A stretch of DNA of 64,000 bases from Bdellovibrionota bacterium FG-1 (GTDB taxonomy: Bacteria; Bdellovibrionota; UBA1018). This document shows positions 1 to 8,251 of the stretch, piece after piece. Both the position numbers and the translations under genes were made by a program. The stretch lies in the NCBI GenBank assembly GCA_051382295.1, contig JBBCAW010000023.1, positions 14,372-78,371 of the forward strand, read 5' to 3'. How positions within the stretch are numbered: position 1 is the stretch's first letter; each line of letters begins with the position of its first letter. The notes under the pieces were generated by a model that saw nothing but the letters and a program-made list of their open reading frames with translations, was not told where the DNA came from and did not search any database.

Positions 1-546
1 ACGGTAGAGTCGGCCTTTCTCAAGGCAAACACCCGAATGCATCTCCTCAAAATCAACGCGGCCAGTGCCTTCGCGAATCAGGTTCAGACCAATAAGCTCA
101 TTCAAGTTAAATTTGAAGTGGACGTAGAACCTCCACTCGAATTTGAAACAGAGGTAAAACCGATGCTTCCGCCCATTACCGCCTCGGTAACGGTTTTTAA
201 GCCAAGTTCATTGTTTGCTGGAAAAATGCACGCCGTGCTTTTTCGTAAATGGAAAAATCGGGTAAAAGGCCGTGATTACTATGACCTCCTCTGGTACTTG
301 GGCCAAGGGATCCCATTGCACCTACCCTATCTCGAACAAAAAATGAAAAGTGGCGACGAAACCAAACCCAACGTCAAACTTACGCGCGAGGTCATCGTCC
401 GCCTTTTAGAGGAAAAAATCTCCTCGGTCGACTGGGAAAAAGCCAAGAGCGATATAGCCCCTTTCCTTCGAAACCCTCACGAAATCGCGCCCTGGTCAAA
501 AAAATTCTTTCTTTCAGTGATTTCGCACCTCAAATGCGAAGCGTAG
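1..546 (+). CDS. AbiEii/AbiGii-family nucleotidyltransferase toxin (5'-partial)
   Basis: Frame is open from base 1 (TVESAFLKANT...). Motifs VKFEVD, LFAGKMHAVLFR and RVKGRDYYDLLWY are typical of the type IV TA AbiEii family. Confidence 0.85.
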   Translation, partial: TVESAFLKANTRMHLLKINAASAFANQVQTNKLIQVKFEVDVEPPLEFETEVKPMLPPITASVTVFKPSSLFAGKMHAVLFRKWKNRVKGRDYYDLLWYLGQGIPLHLPYLEQKMKSGDETKPNVKLTREVIVRLLEEKISSVDWEKAKSDIAPFLRNPHEIAPWSKKFFLSVISHLKCEA

Positions 547-591
547 AATGAATGCTCGCAGTGGCACTGGACTCGGCGACTGGACCGAGCT

Positions 592-1020
592 ATGGCTCAA
601 GATATGCTCAAATCCAAGCTGATCCATCCTCAGATTCTTGAAGCACTCGCCTGTGCGGGACACGGCTCTCACATCTTGATTGCCGATGGCAACTACCCTT
701 TTATGACCGGCGCTCCTGATTCGGCCAGGATCGTCTACCTGAATTTGATGCCAGGCGTCCCCACCGCCACGCAAGTTCTCGAGGCCGTGGGGTCGATGAT
801 TCCGATTCAATCCGCCGAAACGATGCGCCCAGATGACGGAAGCCGTGCTCCGATCTTCGAGGACTTCCAAAAACTGCTGCCGGCGGAAATCGAGATCCGC
901 GCCCTACCTCGCCAAGAATTTTACACAAAAGTGATGTCGCGACAAACGGCGCTCGTGATTGCCTCAGGCGAGCAACGCATTTATGGCAACATTCTGCTGA
1001 CTATCGGGGTAGTTACCTGA
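592..1020 (+). CDS. RbsD/FucU family sugar mutarotase/pyranase
   Basis: MLKSKLIHPQILEALACAGHGSHILIADGNYP N-terminus and C-terminal GEQRIYGNILLTIGV signature. Confidence 0.9.
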   Translation: MAQDMLKSKLIHPQILEALACAGHGSHILIADGNYPFMTGAPDSARIVYLNLMPGVPTATQVLEAVGSMIPIQSAETMRPDDGSRAPIFEDFQKLLPAEIEIRALPRQEFYTKVMSRQTALVIASGEQRIYGNILLTIGVVT

Positions 1021-1134
1021 AGTTCTATGCATTCGATGAAACCCAGGGGCAATAACCCATTTAGGTATATTTAAAACCAGTTTCCGGCTCAATTTAGTAC
1101 CATTTTAAGCCAAAACAAGGTAAAATAAATACCT

Positions 1135-2460
1135 ATGAAGCGCAAACCACTGCAATCATTGCATAATTGGAAACAAAAACCCAGCCGCACCCCCATCCTC
1201 CTTCGAGGGGCCAGACAAGTGGGCAAGACCTGGCTTGCCCGGGAGTTCGGAAAGTCGTTTGAGCACTTCGTAGAAATCAACCTCGAGGTCGAAACCGACC
1301 TACACTCGTTATTTGATAAATTCATGGGCGACCCGGCGAGCCTCATTAAGAATCTTTCCCTACATAAAAAGGGAATCGAAATCACGCCGGATAAAACTCT
1401 TTTATTTTTGGACGAAGTTCAGGAGTGCGAGTCAGCCCTAAAAGCGCTTCGGTATTTCAAGGAAAAGCTGCCTGAACTTCACGTTCTCGCAACAGGCTCA
1501 CTCTTAGAGTTTCAACTCAAAGAGCTCGGAGTCCCCGTGGGTAGAGTCGAATTTCAATGGATTCTGCCCATGAATTTCGAAGAATTTCTTTGGGCCCAGG
1601 GGCTCCAAACTGAATTCGACCCAACAGTAGACGTCGAAGCCGTTTACCAAAAACACCTGACCACCTACTTAAACATCGGAGGGCTCCCCGAGGTGGTCGA
1701 CGTTTGGTGTAAAACCGAATCTCTCGCGCAGTGCCAAGGCGTGCTCCAACGTCTGGCCGCTAGCTACCGCGCCGATTTTTCGCGGTACGCCTCGCGTTCA
1801 CTAATCGAGCCCCTTCGAATTGTCTTCGAGCAAACGCCTCGTTATTGGGGGCAGAAAATCAAATACAGTTCACTGAGTCCACAGTACCGTTCAAGAGAAC
1901 TAGAATCGGCGATCGAACTCCTCGGTGACGCAGGATTAGTGACACGATGTATCTTGAGTTCTGCTAACGGTGTTCCTCTATCTGCGGAAATGAAGCCCCA
2001 GCACTTCAAGCTTTTTTCAGTAGATCTTGGCTTAGGCCAAAGATTGCTCAACCTCGATCTTCAAGGGCAACCTTGGAATGAGTGCCTCAATCGCGGCGGT
2101 CTCATTGAACAGTTTGTCGCGCAAGAAATCCGCTCCTGCGCCCCGATCAATGTTGATCCAGAATTATTTTTCTGGCACCGCGAAAAAAAAACTGCAAAGG
2201 CCGAGCTCGACTTTGTGCTCAGTGCGGGTACCCACGTCATTCCGGTTGAAGTCAAGGCTGGCATGGGGGGACACCATCCTAGCCTCAATTTATTTATCCA
2301 TGAAAAGAAGCCAGAAATGGCGCTCCTCGTTTCCACTTCCGAAACTTTTGATTTTCCGATTAAAAAAGCCTCGAAAGTGATTCACCGCGTCCCCGTCTGG
2401 CGCCTTTTTCAAATTCTTCAGTTATTACAAACCCAAAAAAGCTCGCGAAGCCATCAATGA
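1135..2460 (+). CDS. AAA_14 ATPase with DUF4143 and C-terminal PD-(D/E)xK-like domain
   Basis: Walker A GARQVGKT, Walker B FLDEVQ, ATGS, GGLPEV, and C-terminal ELDFV...IPVEVK. Confidence 0.9.
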   Translation: MKRKPLQSLHNWKQKPSRTPILLRGARQVGKTWLAREFGKSFEHFVEINLEVETDLHSLFDKFMGDPASLIKNLSLHKKGIEITPDKTLLFLDEVQECESALKALRYFKEKLPELHVLATGSLLEFQLKELGVPVGRVEFQWILPMNFEEFLWAQGLQTEFDPTVDVEAVYQKHLTTYLNIGGLPEVVDVWCKTESLAQCQGVLQRLAASYRADFSRYASRSLIEPLRIVFEQTPRYWGQKIKYSSLSPQYRSRELESAIELLGDAGLVTRCILSSANGVPLSAEMKPQHFKLFSVDLGLGQRLLNLDLQGQPWNECLNRGGLIEQFVAQEIRSCAPINVDPELFFWHREKKTAKAELDFVLSAGTHVIPVEVKAGMGGHHPSLNLFIHEKKPEMALLVSTSETFDFPIKKASKVIHRVPVWRLFQILQLLQTQKSSRSHQ

Positions 2461-3177
2461 AACCAATCCCCAGCGAAAAGGAACCAGCTTGGCTTCATTC
2501 GTTTTGACTGCAAAAGCCACCTTGCCCCACGGGGTTGGACTATTGGACCAACCCGCCCAAGTTTGAGCAGGCACAAAAACGCCTTGAACCGGCACCAGAT
2601 GTTTTTCTGAAAGGTATTTGACCACCTCGGGAGCGACCTTGCATCGCTCGCGCCCCATCGAAGTCAAATCGGGCTCATGAAAGCACTCCAGACGTCCCCG
2701 CCGCACGAGCACAAACAAATCACGGGCATGTTGCCCTTCAAGTCGAATAAAGATTCCGTAAGCCGAAGGCAAAACCTTGCCCCACCAGCTCTGAATCGCC
2801 TCGAGCAAAAAATGTTGATAGCCCAAATGAGGCGCGCACCGATTGCGACTCGACACTGCGGTTTCGGTCGCTTTTTTTCGAAGAAACTCGAGTTGTTCAT
2901 GAAGATGCGAAAGCGAGGTCAACTCCACCAACCAACCATCGACGGCCTGACGCTCAAAAAGTAAAAGTTCGCGATGAGGCATCTCCACCGCCATATCTTC
3001 GTGTTTAGCCCCAATCCAATCCGACACATCCTCGCCCTCAGCAAAAGCCGCTACGATGACCTTGTCCTCAATAATCAGATAAACCGCACCCGCTGTCTCC
3101 GCGCCCAGCCCAGTAGCCGAACGCCGCTTGGGGTAAAACATGGACTGAAAGCTTTGCCAGTCATAGGTCAACTCCAT
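2425..3177 (-). CDS. hypothetical protein
   Basis: 250 aa ORF overlapping the stop of the upstream minus-strand ORF; no recognised motif. Confidence 0.65.
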   Translation of the reverse strand: MELTYDWQSFQSMFYPKRRSATGLGAETAGAVYLIIEDKVIVAAFAEGEDVSDWIGAKHEDMAVEMPHRELLLFERQAVDGWLVELTSLSHLHEQLEFLRKKATETAVSSRNRCAPHLGYQHFLLEAIQSWWGKVLPSAYGIFIRLEGQHARDLFVLVRRGRLECFHEPDLTSMGRERCKVAPEVVKYLSEKHLVPVQGVFVPAQTWAGWSNSPTPWGKVAFAVKTNEAKLVPFRWGLVSLMASRAFLGL

Positions 3178-5219
3178 AAGTCGCTCCCCTGGGAATTCGG
3201 TTGATACCCCGGCAATTCAGACATTGCCGCGTCTTCGGCACCCGAGCGCGTTACCAAGGAACTCTCGGCCGCAAGCTGACGATCACGCGCGCCAAACTGA
3301 CTGTCGTATAAACCCAATCCATCCACCGCTAATGGCAAAATTCCACAAGGAGGGACGTCCAGCGAAAACCGACTCGCCGGGGCCGCCTCCACCTGGGCCG
3401 CACGGTTCAGGCCTGAGCCATCCCATTGAGCCGAAGCCAGAGCTACTGCTAAATCCGAAACGACCACATCTTCCGGAAATAAAATATCGGCACTCACGGC
3501 TCGGCGCGTGCTATTCAAAATAAACAGCCCTAACCCCTGTCCCTTTTTTTCAAGAGGAATCATCGCGAGCCGGCTATCGCTCATCCGGCAATAGCTTTGC
3601 ACCTCGGCCACCGACAATATCGCCGTCAAAAACGTCCGCCAACTTGAAAGCGTCTCCCCCGACATCGAAAGGTTTTCGGGCAAATCATAAATGATGAGCT
3701 TGCCCTCACCCAACGAATTCACTCGATAGGTGACACCCAAATCGATCTCGATTTGCTTGCCCTGAGCCGCGAGCCGTTCCAGTTCCTGCCGAGCTTGCGC
3801 CGTGTACAAAGGACTCCGAGGCAGGACAACCACCCGCCCGCCGGAGGCCCAGTCGGCGAGTTTTCGAACCGAATCGACCGAAAGAATCCACGAAGGATCC
3901 ACAATCAAGAGCGCCGCCTGCGCGGCCTCTGAATGAGAGGCCACACCTCGGGTTTTAGAAATAAAATCCAACGAAGAAATGAGCTGGGCCCCCGCACCCA
4001 CGCGGTGAAAAAGCTCTGTCCAAAGGGTGCCGGCCCCGGACCAAAGATGGGGCGCCAGGTAAAGGGCGCGAGTTTTTAATTTGAGATCGCCTGAGGCCAA
4101 CGATTTAGCAAATGACTCCACCCGAGTTCTAAAGTTTTGAGACAGCGAAAACCACTCACTCTCATCGATCAAAACTCCACCGCCCTGCCCCCCCATGAGC
4201 AAGAGCGTCTTGAGAATCAAAAATTGTTTTTCGGGATCCGCCAGACTGCGAAACCCGCCCAGAGATGTCCAATGAATGTAACCGCGAGTTTCGCTGGCGC
4301 TGCCATAAGAAGCCCGAGCGGAAGCTTCATCCACTAGCGCTGAAAGCTTGGCAAAATCACCATGCCCCCCCGAAAGCAGGGTCAACACATTACTGTATAC
4401 CATCGCGGGATCAGCCTCGGGCGTATGGAGCTCCATTTCCATCACTTTTATGTCAGCGGCTTTTTTTCGAACGAACTGAAAGGTTCGATTTCGAAAAACA
4501 TCCTCGGATTGCTGATGAAACCACCGGCGATTAACCTCTTCCATGGCACGGGTTTTCCAGCGATTGGCCGCCATGGGATTCGGATCCGAAAACTCCCTTT
4601 GGGAAAAAAGCTGTTCCACTCGCTGACGGTAGGCTAGCCCGGCACTGCTCGAGCAATCCCCTGCCAACCCTACATAGGGATGATCAGATGAAACCTGAGG
4701 CGAACGGTAGTATTTCCAAAAACTGCCGGTCAAAACCACGCTGATCCGCTTAAATACTTGAGGAGAATTGCGCTCGATGTCAGCCAACAAACTATCCATA
4801 CGAGATAAAAAACTGTAATAGCGCTTGGTAAATTCAGGCGAAAAAAGTGAAGGTAAATGAAAGGCGTTCGGGGCTAACGTCACTGAAACAGGGCCAGAGC
4901 CTGAATGCGCGGCCCAAGTGTCTGCCCCAATGGCGCGACTCATGACATCTTTAGGCAAACCGGAATGCGCATAGTGAATTCCGACTTCGGGCGTCAAAAT
5001 TAAATTCACTGTCATTTTTCGTTCGGATACGGACTGAAGAAACCGAACCAAGGTATGCGCAATATCCGATTCGACCGCTTGCCAAGGCACAAAAGTGGAA
5101 ATGTGCGTGACGCCATGCCTTATGAACTCATCTAGACGAGCCCCCACACAGGTCGGACGCACCTCCCAATAGTTGAATAAAATTTGAATGGGATGCTGAT
5201 TCCTTTCAGCGTTATTCAT
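3168..5219 (-). CDS. GH35/GH42 beta-galactosidase-like protein, probably divergent
   Basis: N-terminus (NYWEVRP...RLDEFIRHGVTHISTFVPWQAVE, LILTPEVGIH) resembles the GH35 TIM-barrel start. The C-terminal LLIVDP...LADWASGGRVVV resembles the GATase-like trimerisation domain. Start is uncertain (5219 or 5246). Confidence 0.55.
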   Translation of the reverse strand: MNNAERNQHPIQILFNYWEVRPTCVGARLDEFIRHGVTHISTFVPWQAVESDIAHTLVRFLQSVSERKMTVNLILTPEVGIHYAHSGLPKDVMSRAIGADTWAAHSGSGPVSVTLAPNAFHLPSLFSPEFTKRYYSFLSRMDSLLADIERNSPQVFKRISVVLTGSFWKYYRSPQVSSDHPYVGLAGDCSSSAGLAYRQRVEQLFSQREFSDPNPMAANRWKTRAMEEVNRRWFHQQSEDVFRNRTFQFVRKKAADIKVMEMELHTPEADPAMVYSNVLTLLSGGHGDFAKLSALVDEASARASYGSASETRGYIHWTSLGGFRSLADPEKQFLILKTLLLMGGQGGGVLIDESEWFSLSQNFRTRVESFAKSLASGDLKLKTRALYLAPHLWSGAGTLWTELFHRVGAGAQLISSLDFISKTRGVASHSEAAQAALLIVDPSWILSVDSVRKLADWASGGRVVVLPRSPLYTAQARQELERLAAQGKQIEIDLGVTYRVNSLGEGKLIIYDLPENLSMSGETLSSWRTFLTAILSVAEVQSYCRMSDSRLAMIPLEKKGQGLGLFILNSTRRAVSADILFPEDVVVSDLAVALASAQWDGSGLNRAAQVEAAPASRFSLDVPPCGILPLAVDGLGLYDSQFGARDRQLAAESSLVTRSGAEDAAMSELPGYQPNSQGSDLWS

Positions 5220-5258
5220 GTTATGGAGTATGGCACGGGCTACCAAAGGAGTCTAGTA

Positions 5259-6419
5259 ATGTGGTTTTTTTCTGATGAACAAAAAATGCTTCAAGAAACC
5301 GTGCGCCAATTCGCTGTCAGCCAATTGGCCCCTCGCATCGAAAAACTCGATCATGAGGAAGGTTTCAACCGTGAGTCTTTTTCCAAAATGGGTGAACTCG
5401 GCCTGCTCGGTATTACCGTTCCAGAAGAGGACGGCGGCGCGGGTCTCGGCGCGGTGGCCGCTACGATTACCATGGAAGAAATGGGGGCTGTGGATGCCTC
5501 GACCACCCTCTCCTATCTGGCCCACGCCATCCTATGCGTCAACCAGCTTGGAAAAAATGGTTCAGCAGACCAAAAGAAGAAATACCTCCCCAAGCTCCTC
5601 AGCGGAGAACACATCGGCGGAATGGGGATGAGTGAACCCGGCGCGGGCTCCGATGCGCTCGGCATGACCACCAAAGCGGTCAAACAAGGACAGGGTTACC
5701 TGGTCAATGGCACCAAAACCTGGATTACCAATGGTCCAATAGGCGATATTTTTTACGTTTACGCCAAGACGGGCCCGGGCAAAAAAGATCTTTCAACATT
5801 CATGATTGAACGCGGAATGAAGGGTTTTTCGACGGGTAAAAAATTCTCCAAAATGGGAATGCGCGCCTCGCCGACGGGCGAACTGGTCTTTGAAGATTTG
5901 ACCGTGCCGCTCGCCAATCGCGTGAGTGAAGAAGGCGCCAGCGTCAAGCACATGATGCGCAACCTCGATATTGAACGCATCACAATTGCCGGAATTTCAC
6001 TGGGGATCGCCCGCGCTTCGATTGAAGTGGCCACCCGTTACGCCAAAGAGCGCAAGCAATTTGGCAAGCCCATTGGCGCTTTTCAACAAATGCAGGAGCG
6101 CCTTACCGAAGCCGCCGCCTGGTACGAAGCCTGTCGTTGCCTGACCTACGACGCGGCCAAAATGTGGGATATGGGTTTGCTTGTCGGCAAAGAAGCCTCA
6201 ACCATGGCCGCCAAAGCGAAGCTCCAAAGTGCACAAATGGCTACGCAAGTTGCGCTCGATGCCATCCAAATTTTGGGCGGCTACGGTTACACCCGCGAGT
6301 TTCCGGTGGAGCGCTACATGCGCGACGCCAAACTCATGGAAATTGGCGCTGGAACCAACGAAATTATGCGCGTGGTGATTGCTCGGCAAATGCTGGGCAA
6401 TGAAGTGGTGGACGCGTAA
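5259..6419 (+). CDS. acyl-CoA dehydrogenase (isovaleryl-CoA dehydrogenase-like)
   Basis: MSEPGAGSD, NGTKTWITNG, RKQFGKPIG, QILGGYGY, DAKLMEIGAGTNEI. AAGGAG RBS precedes ATG 5259. Confidence 0.92.
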   Translation: MWFFSDEQKMLQETVRQFAVSQLAPRIEKLDHEEGFNRESFSKMGELGLLGITVPEEDGGAGLGAVAATITMEEMGAVDASTTLSYLAHAILCVNQLGKNGSADQKKKYLPKLLSGEHIGGMGMSEPGAGSDALGMTTKAVKQGQGYLVNGTKTWITNGPIGDIFYVYAKTGPGKKDLSTFMIERGMKGFSTGKKFSKMGMRASPTGELVFEDLTVPLANRVSEEGASVKHMMRNLDIERITIAGISLGIARASIEVATRYAKERKQFGKPIGAFQQMQERLTEAAAWYEACRCLTYDAAKMWDMGLLVGKEASTMAAKAKLQSAQMATQVALDAIQILGGYGYTREFPVERYMRDAKLMEIGAGTNEIMRVVIARQMLGNEVVDA

Positions 6420-6485
6420 ATTCGAACCCCAATGAGGATGATGATTTTAAGTTTACTCATTTTATTATCGGCCCAATTGTTATTA

Positions 6486-6738
6486 GGATCAGTTGAGCCT
6501 CCAAAACAGGGCCCAACCGCTTCAACTGCCGGCCTGAGGCAGTAAACCGGTTTGAGATGGCGATGAACACGCTTTTCTGCCGTCCAGCGGCAGTAGATTG
6601 GGTTCAGTGGGGGGACAAAGACTTCTACTGCCGGTGCGAGGCAGTAAACGGAGCTGGGGTGAGGGTCAGCGGCCTGAGCTGCCGTCTAGCGGCAGTATAT
6701 CCCACTGGCTCAAAGAAAATGAGCACCGACGTCGGTGT
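6486..6738 (-). repeat. 51-bp-period hairpin array, locus A (4 units) with palindromic leader
   Basis: CTGCC-N7-GGCAG begins at 6526, 6577, 6628 and 6679 (period 51) with different linkers. Perfect palindrome CACCGACGTCGGTG at 6724-6737. Confidence 0.9.
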
Positions 6739-6749
6739 CATCAAATACG

Positions 6750-7790
6750 TCAAATAGGAGAAAACCCCGGAATCCCAGGGGTTCCTGATTTATCCCAAGT
6801 CTGGCAACGGTCATCCACCGGGTTCTTCGACTTGATCGCTTGCACTGCACGGTTCGTTTCGCACTCATTTAAGTCATAGTAACAAACACTTGCCGGATCA
6901 TTTCCTAGACTGTAGGCGAAACAAAAGAGTGAAGCCACACAGCTCGAGGGATCTTTGTCAAAATAATCTGGCTTGATTCTCTCTTGCTCACATTCAGCCT
7001 GACCACCGTCAAAACACTTCACGGTCTCAATTCGATGAGTCAGTCGGTAGAAAAAACACGAAGCGATTGAAGGAGCGGGTGCAGCGGGTTTTAAACCAGG
7101 AAAAGTCGAGGGCAGCTCAATTCCCTTAACAACGGCCGGAAACAAATCGGCGGACGTTGGGACAAAAGGCCCTTCCAGTTCACCCAACATAAAATCTTTT
7201 TGATAACTTCCGCCAAATTGATATTCTAGAAGATGAACGAGTTCATCTGGCGTCAACGAAGTCGAACCTTTGATCCACTGCTGGGTTCCACAGGAGTGCA
7301 CACAAGCCTGCATCTCATCGCCAAATCCGTTGCCTGCACAGAAGTCCGTGCAATTATCCACATTTGCATAGACTCTCATCGTAGCAACGACTGAATTAAT
7401 TGCGGTGAGATCAAGATCGATCTTATCGCCCGCGCTACTATCCGAAAGGCAGTCATCCGCTTTCCACTGGCCATCCTTCAGATTCCAGTGAGTATTGAAA
7501 TCTCCTGTTTCCGCTACATCGCCCCCGTGCCCAGTAGTGCCAGAAATATCGACGTCTTTTTTGGAACATTTTTGATGACCAGAAGCATCCTGAACATAAA
7601 GATCGCCATGACCGACGACCGCGACATCCATATTCACAGTCTTCGCGTGCGAAGCCAGCATATGGTTAGGAAATATCAGCCGGCCACTCATATTAATGAC
7701 CAAAGAGTCGGTGTCCGCGCATGCGCCCACAAGAGCACTACTCAAAAGGGCCACGGATCCTAAAACGGAAAAACTGAATGATCTGGTCAC
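6750..7790 (-). CDS. Cys-rich hypothetical lipoprotein
   Basis: GGAGGT RBS before GTG 7790; signal peptide with lipobox LVGAC; many Cys residues; Pro/Ala linker. Confidence 0.7.
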   Translation of the reverse strand: MTRSFSFSVLGSVALLSSALVGACADTDSLVINMSGRLIFPNHMLASHAKTVNMDVAVVGHGDLYVQDASGHQKCSKKDVDISGTTGHGGDVAETGDFNTHWNLKDGQWKADDCLSDSSAGDKIDLDLTAINSVVATMRVYANVDNCTDFCAGNGFGDEMQACVHSCGTQQWIKGSTSLTPDELVHLLEYQFGGSYQKDFMLGELEGPFVPTSADLFPAVVKGIELPSTFPGLKPAAPAPSIASCFFYRLTHRIETVKCFDGGQAECEQERIKPDYFDKDPSSCVASLFCFAYSLGNDPASVCYYDLNECETNRAVQAIKSKNPVDDRCQTWDKSGTPGIPGFSPI

Positions 7791-7889
7791 GATACCTCCA
7801 ACAAAATGACGCACGTAGTTAATTTAGTAACCCATTAACACACTAAATATAAATAGTTAATAATTATTTTCAGAAATCAAACGACCTTG

Positions 7890-7989
7890 GGATCAGTTTA
7901 GCCCTCAAAAAAGGGCCTAGCTGCGTGAAAAGAGGCTTAACTGCCTGCCCGAGGCAGTAAATTCCACTGCCGGGAAGGATGAGCGCCAA
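7890..7989 (-). repeat. hairpin-repeat family locus B (1 unit)
   Basis: CTGCC-TGCCCGA-GGCAG at 7941-7957. The flank GGATCAGTTTAGCCCTCAAAAAAGGGCC is homologous to 6486-6513. Confidence 0.8.
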
Positions 7990-8143
7990 TCGCGGCGCCA
8001 ATATCGTGAGTGGTAAATGCTTTATAGATGAAGTTGAGGCCAAGTTCTCGGTAGAGAAAATTTTGGAATCGAGTACCAAAGTTGCCTGGCCTAGCAGCAA
8101 GAGACATACAGAGCTGAGTATCTTTGTTCACACAGAGTTCCAT
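7985..8143 (-). pseudogene. 5' fragment of shikimate dehydrogenase-like (SdhL/HI0607 type) gene
   Basis: NKDTQLCMSLAARPGNFGTRFQNFLYRELGLNFIYKAFTTHDI matches the SdhL N-terminus. Similarity ends after about 53 aa, where repeat locus B begins. Confidence 0.85.
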
Positions 8144-8251
8144 AGTGCACAGTTATCACCCAGGCGAGGGCTTTAAAAGCCGCCTTTTTTTGCTCACACC
8201 TTAAAATGATAACCCACTCCTAACCCTGGATCCGGGTCAAAACCCAAGTGA

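Noticed and set aside
6520..6701. Canonical CRISPR array call
   Set aside because: Repeats are too degenerate (variable 7-nt loops), the 51-bp period is short, and there is no AT-rich leader or cas gene in the window. Kept as a CRISPR-like repeat only.
6557..6757. ORFs with recurring C-x-x-x-A-V-N peptides (also 20276..20485, 22926..23318)
   Set aside because: The motif is simply the translation of the palindromic hairpin and appears on both strands; no RBS support. A 17-codon period is noted, but coding is unsupported.
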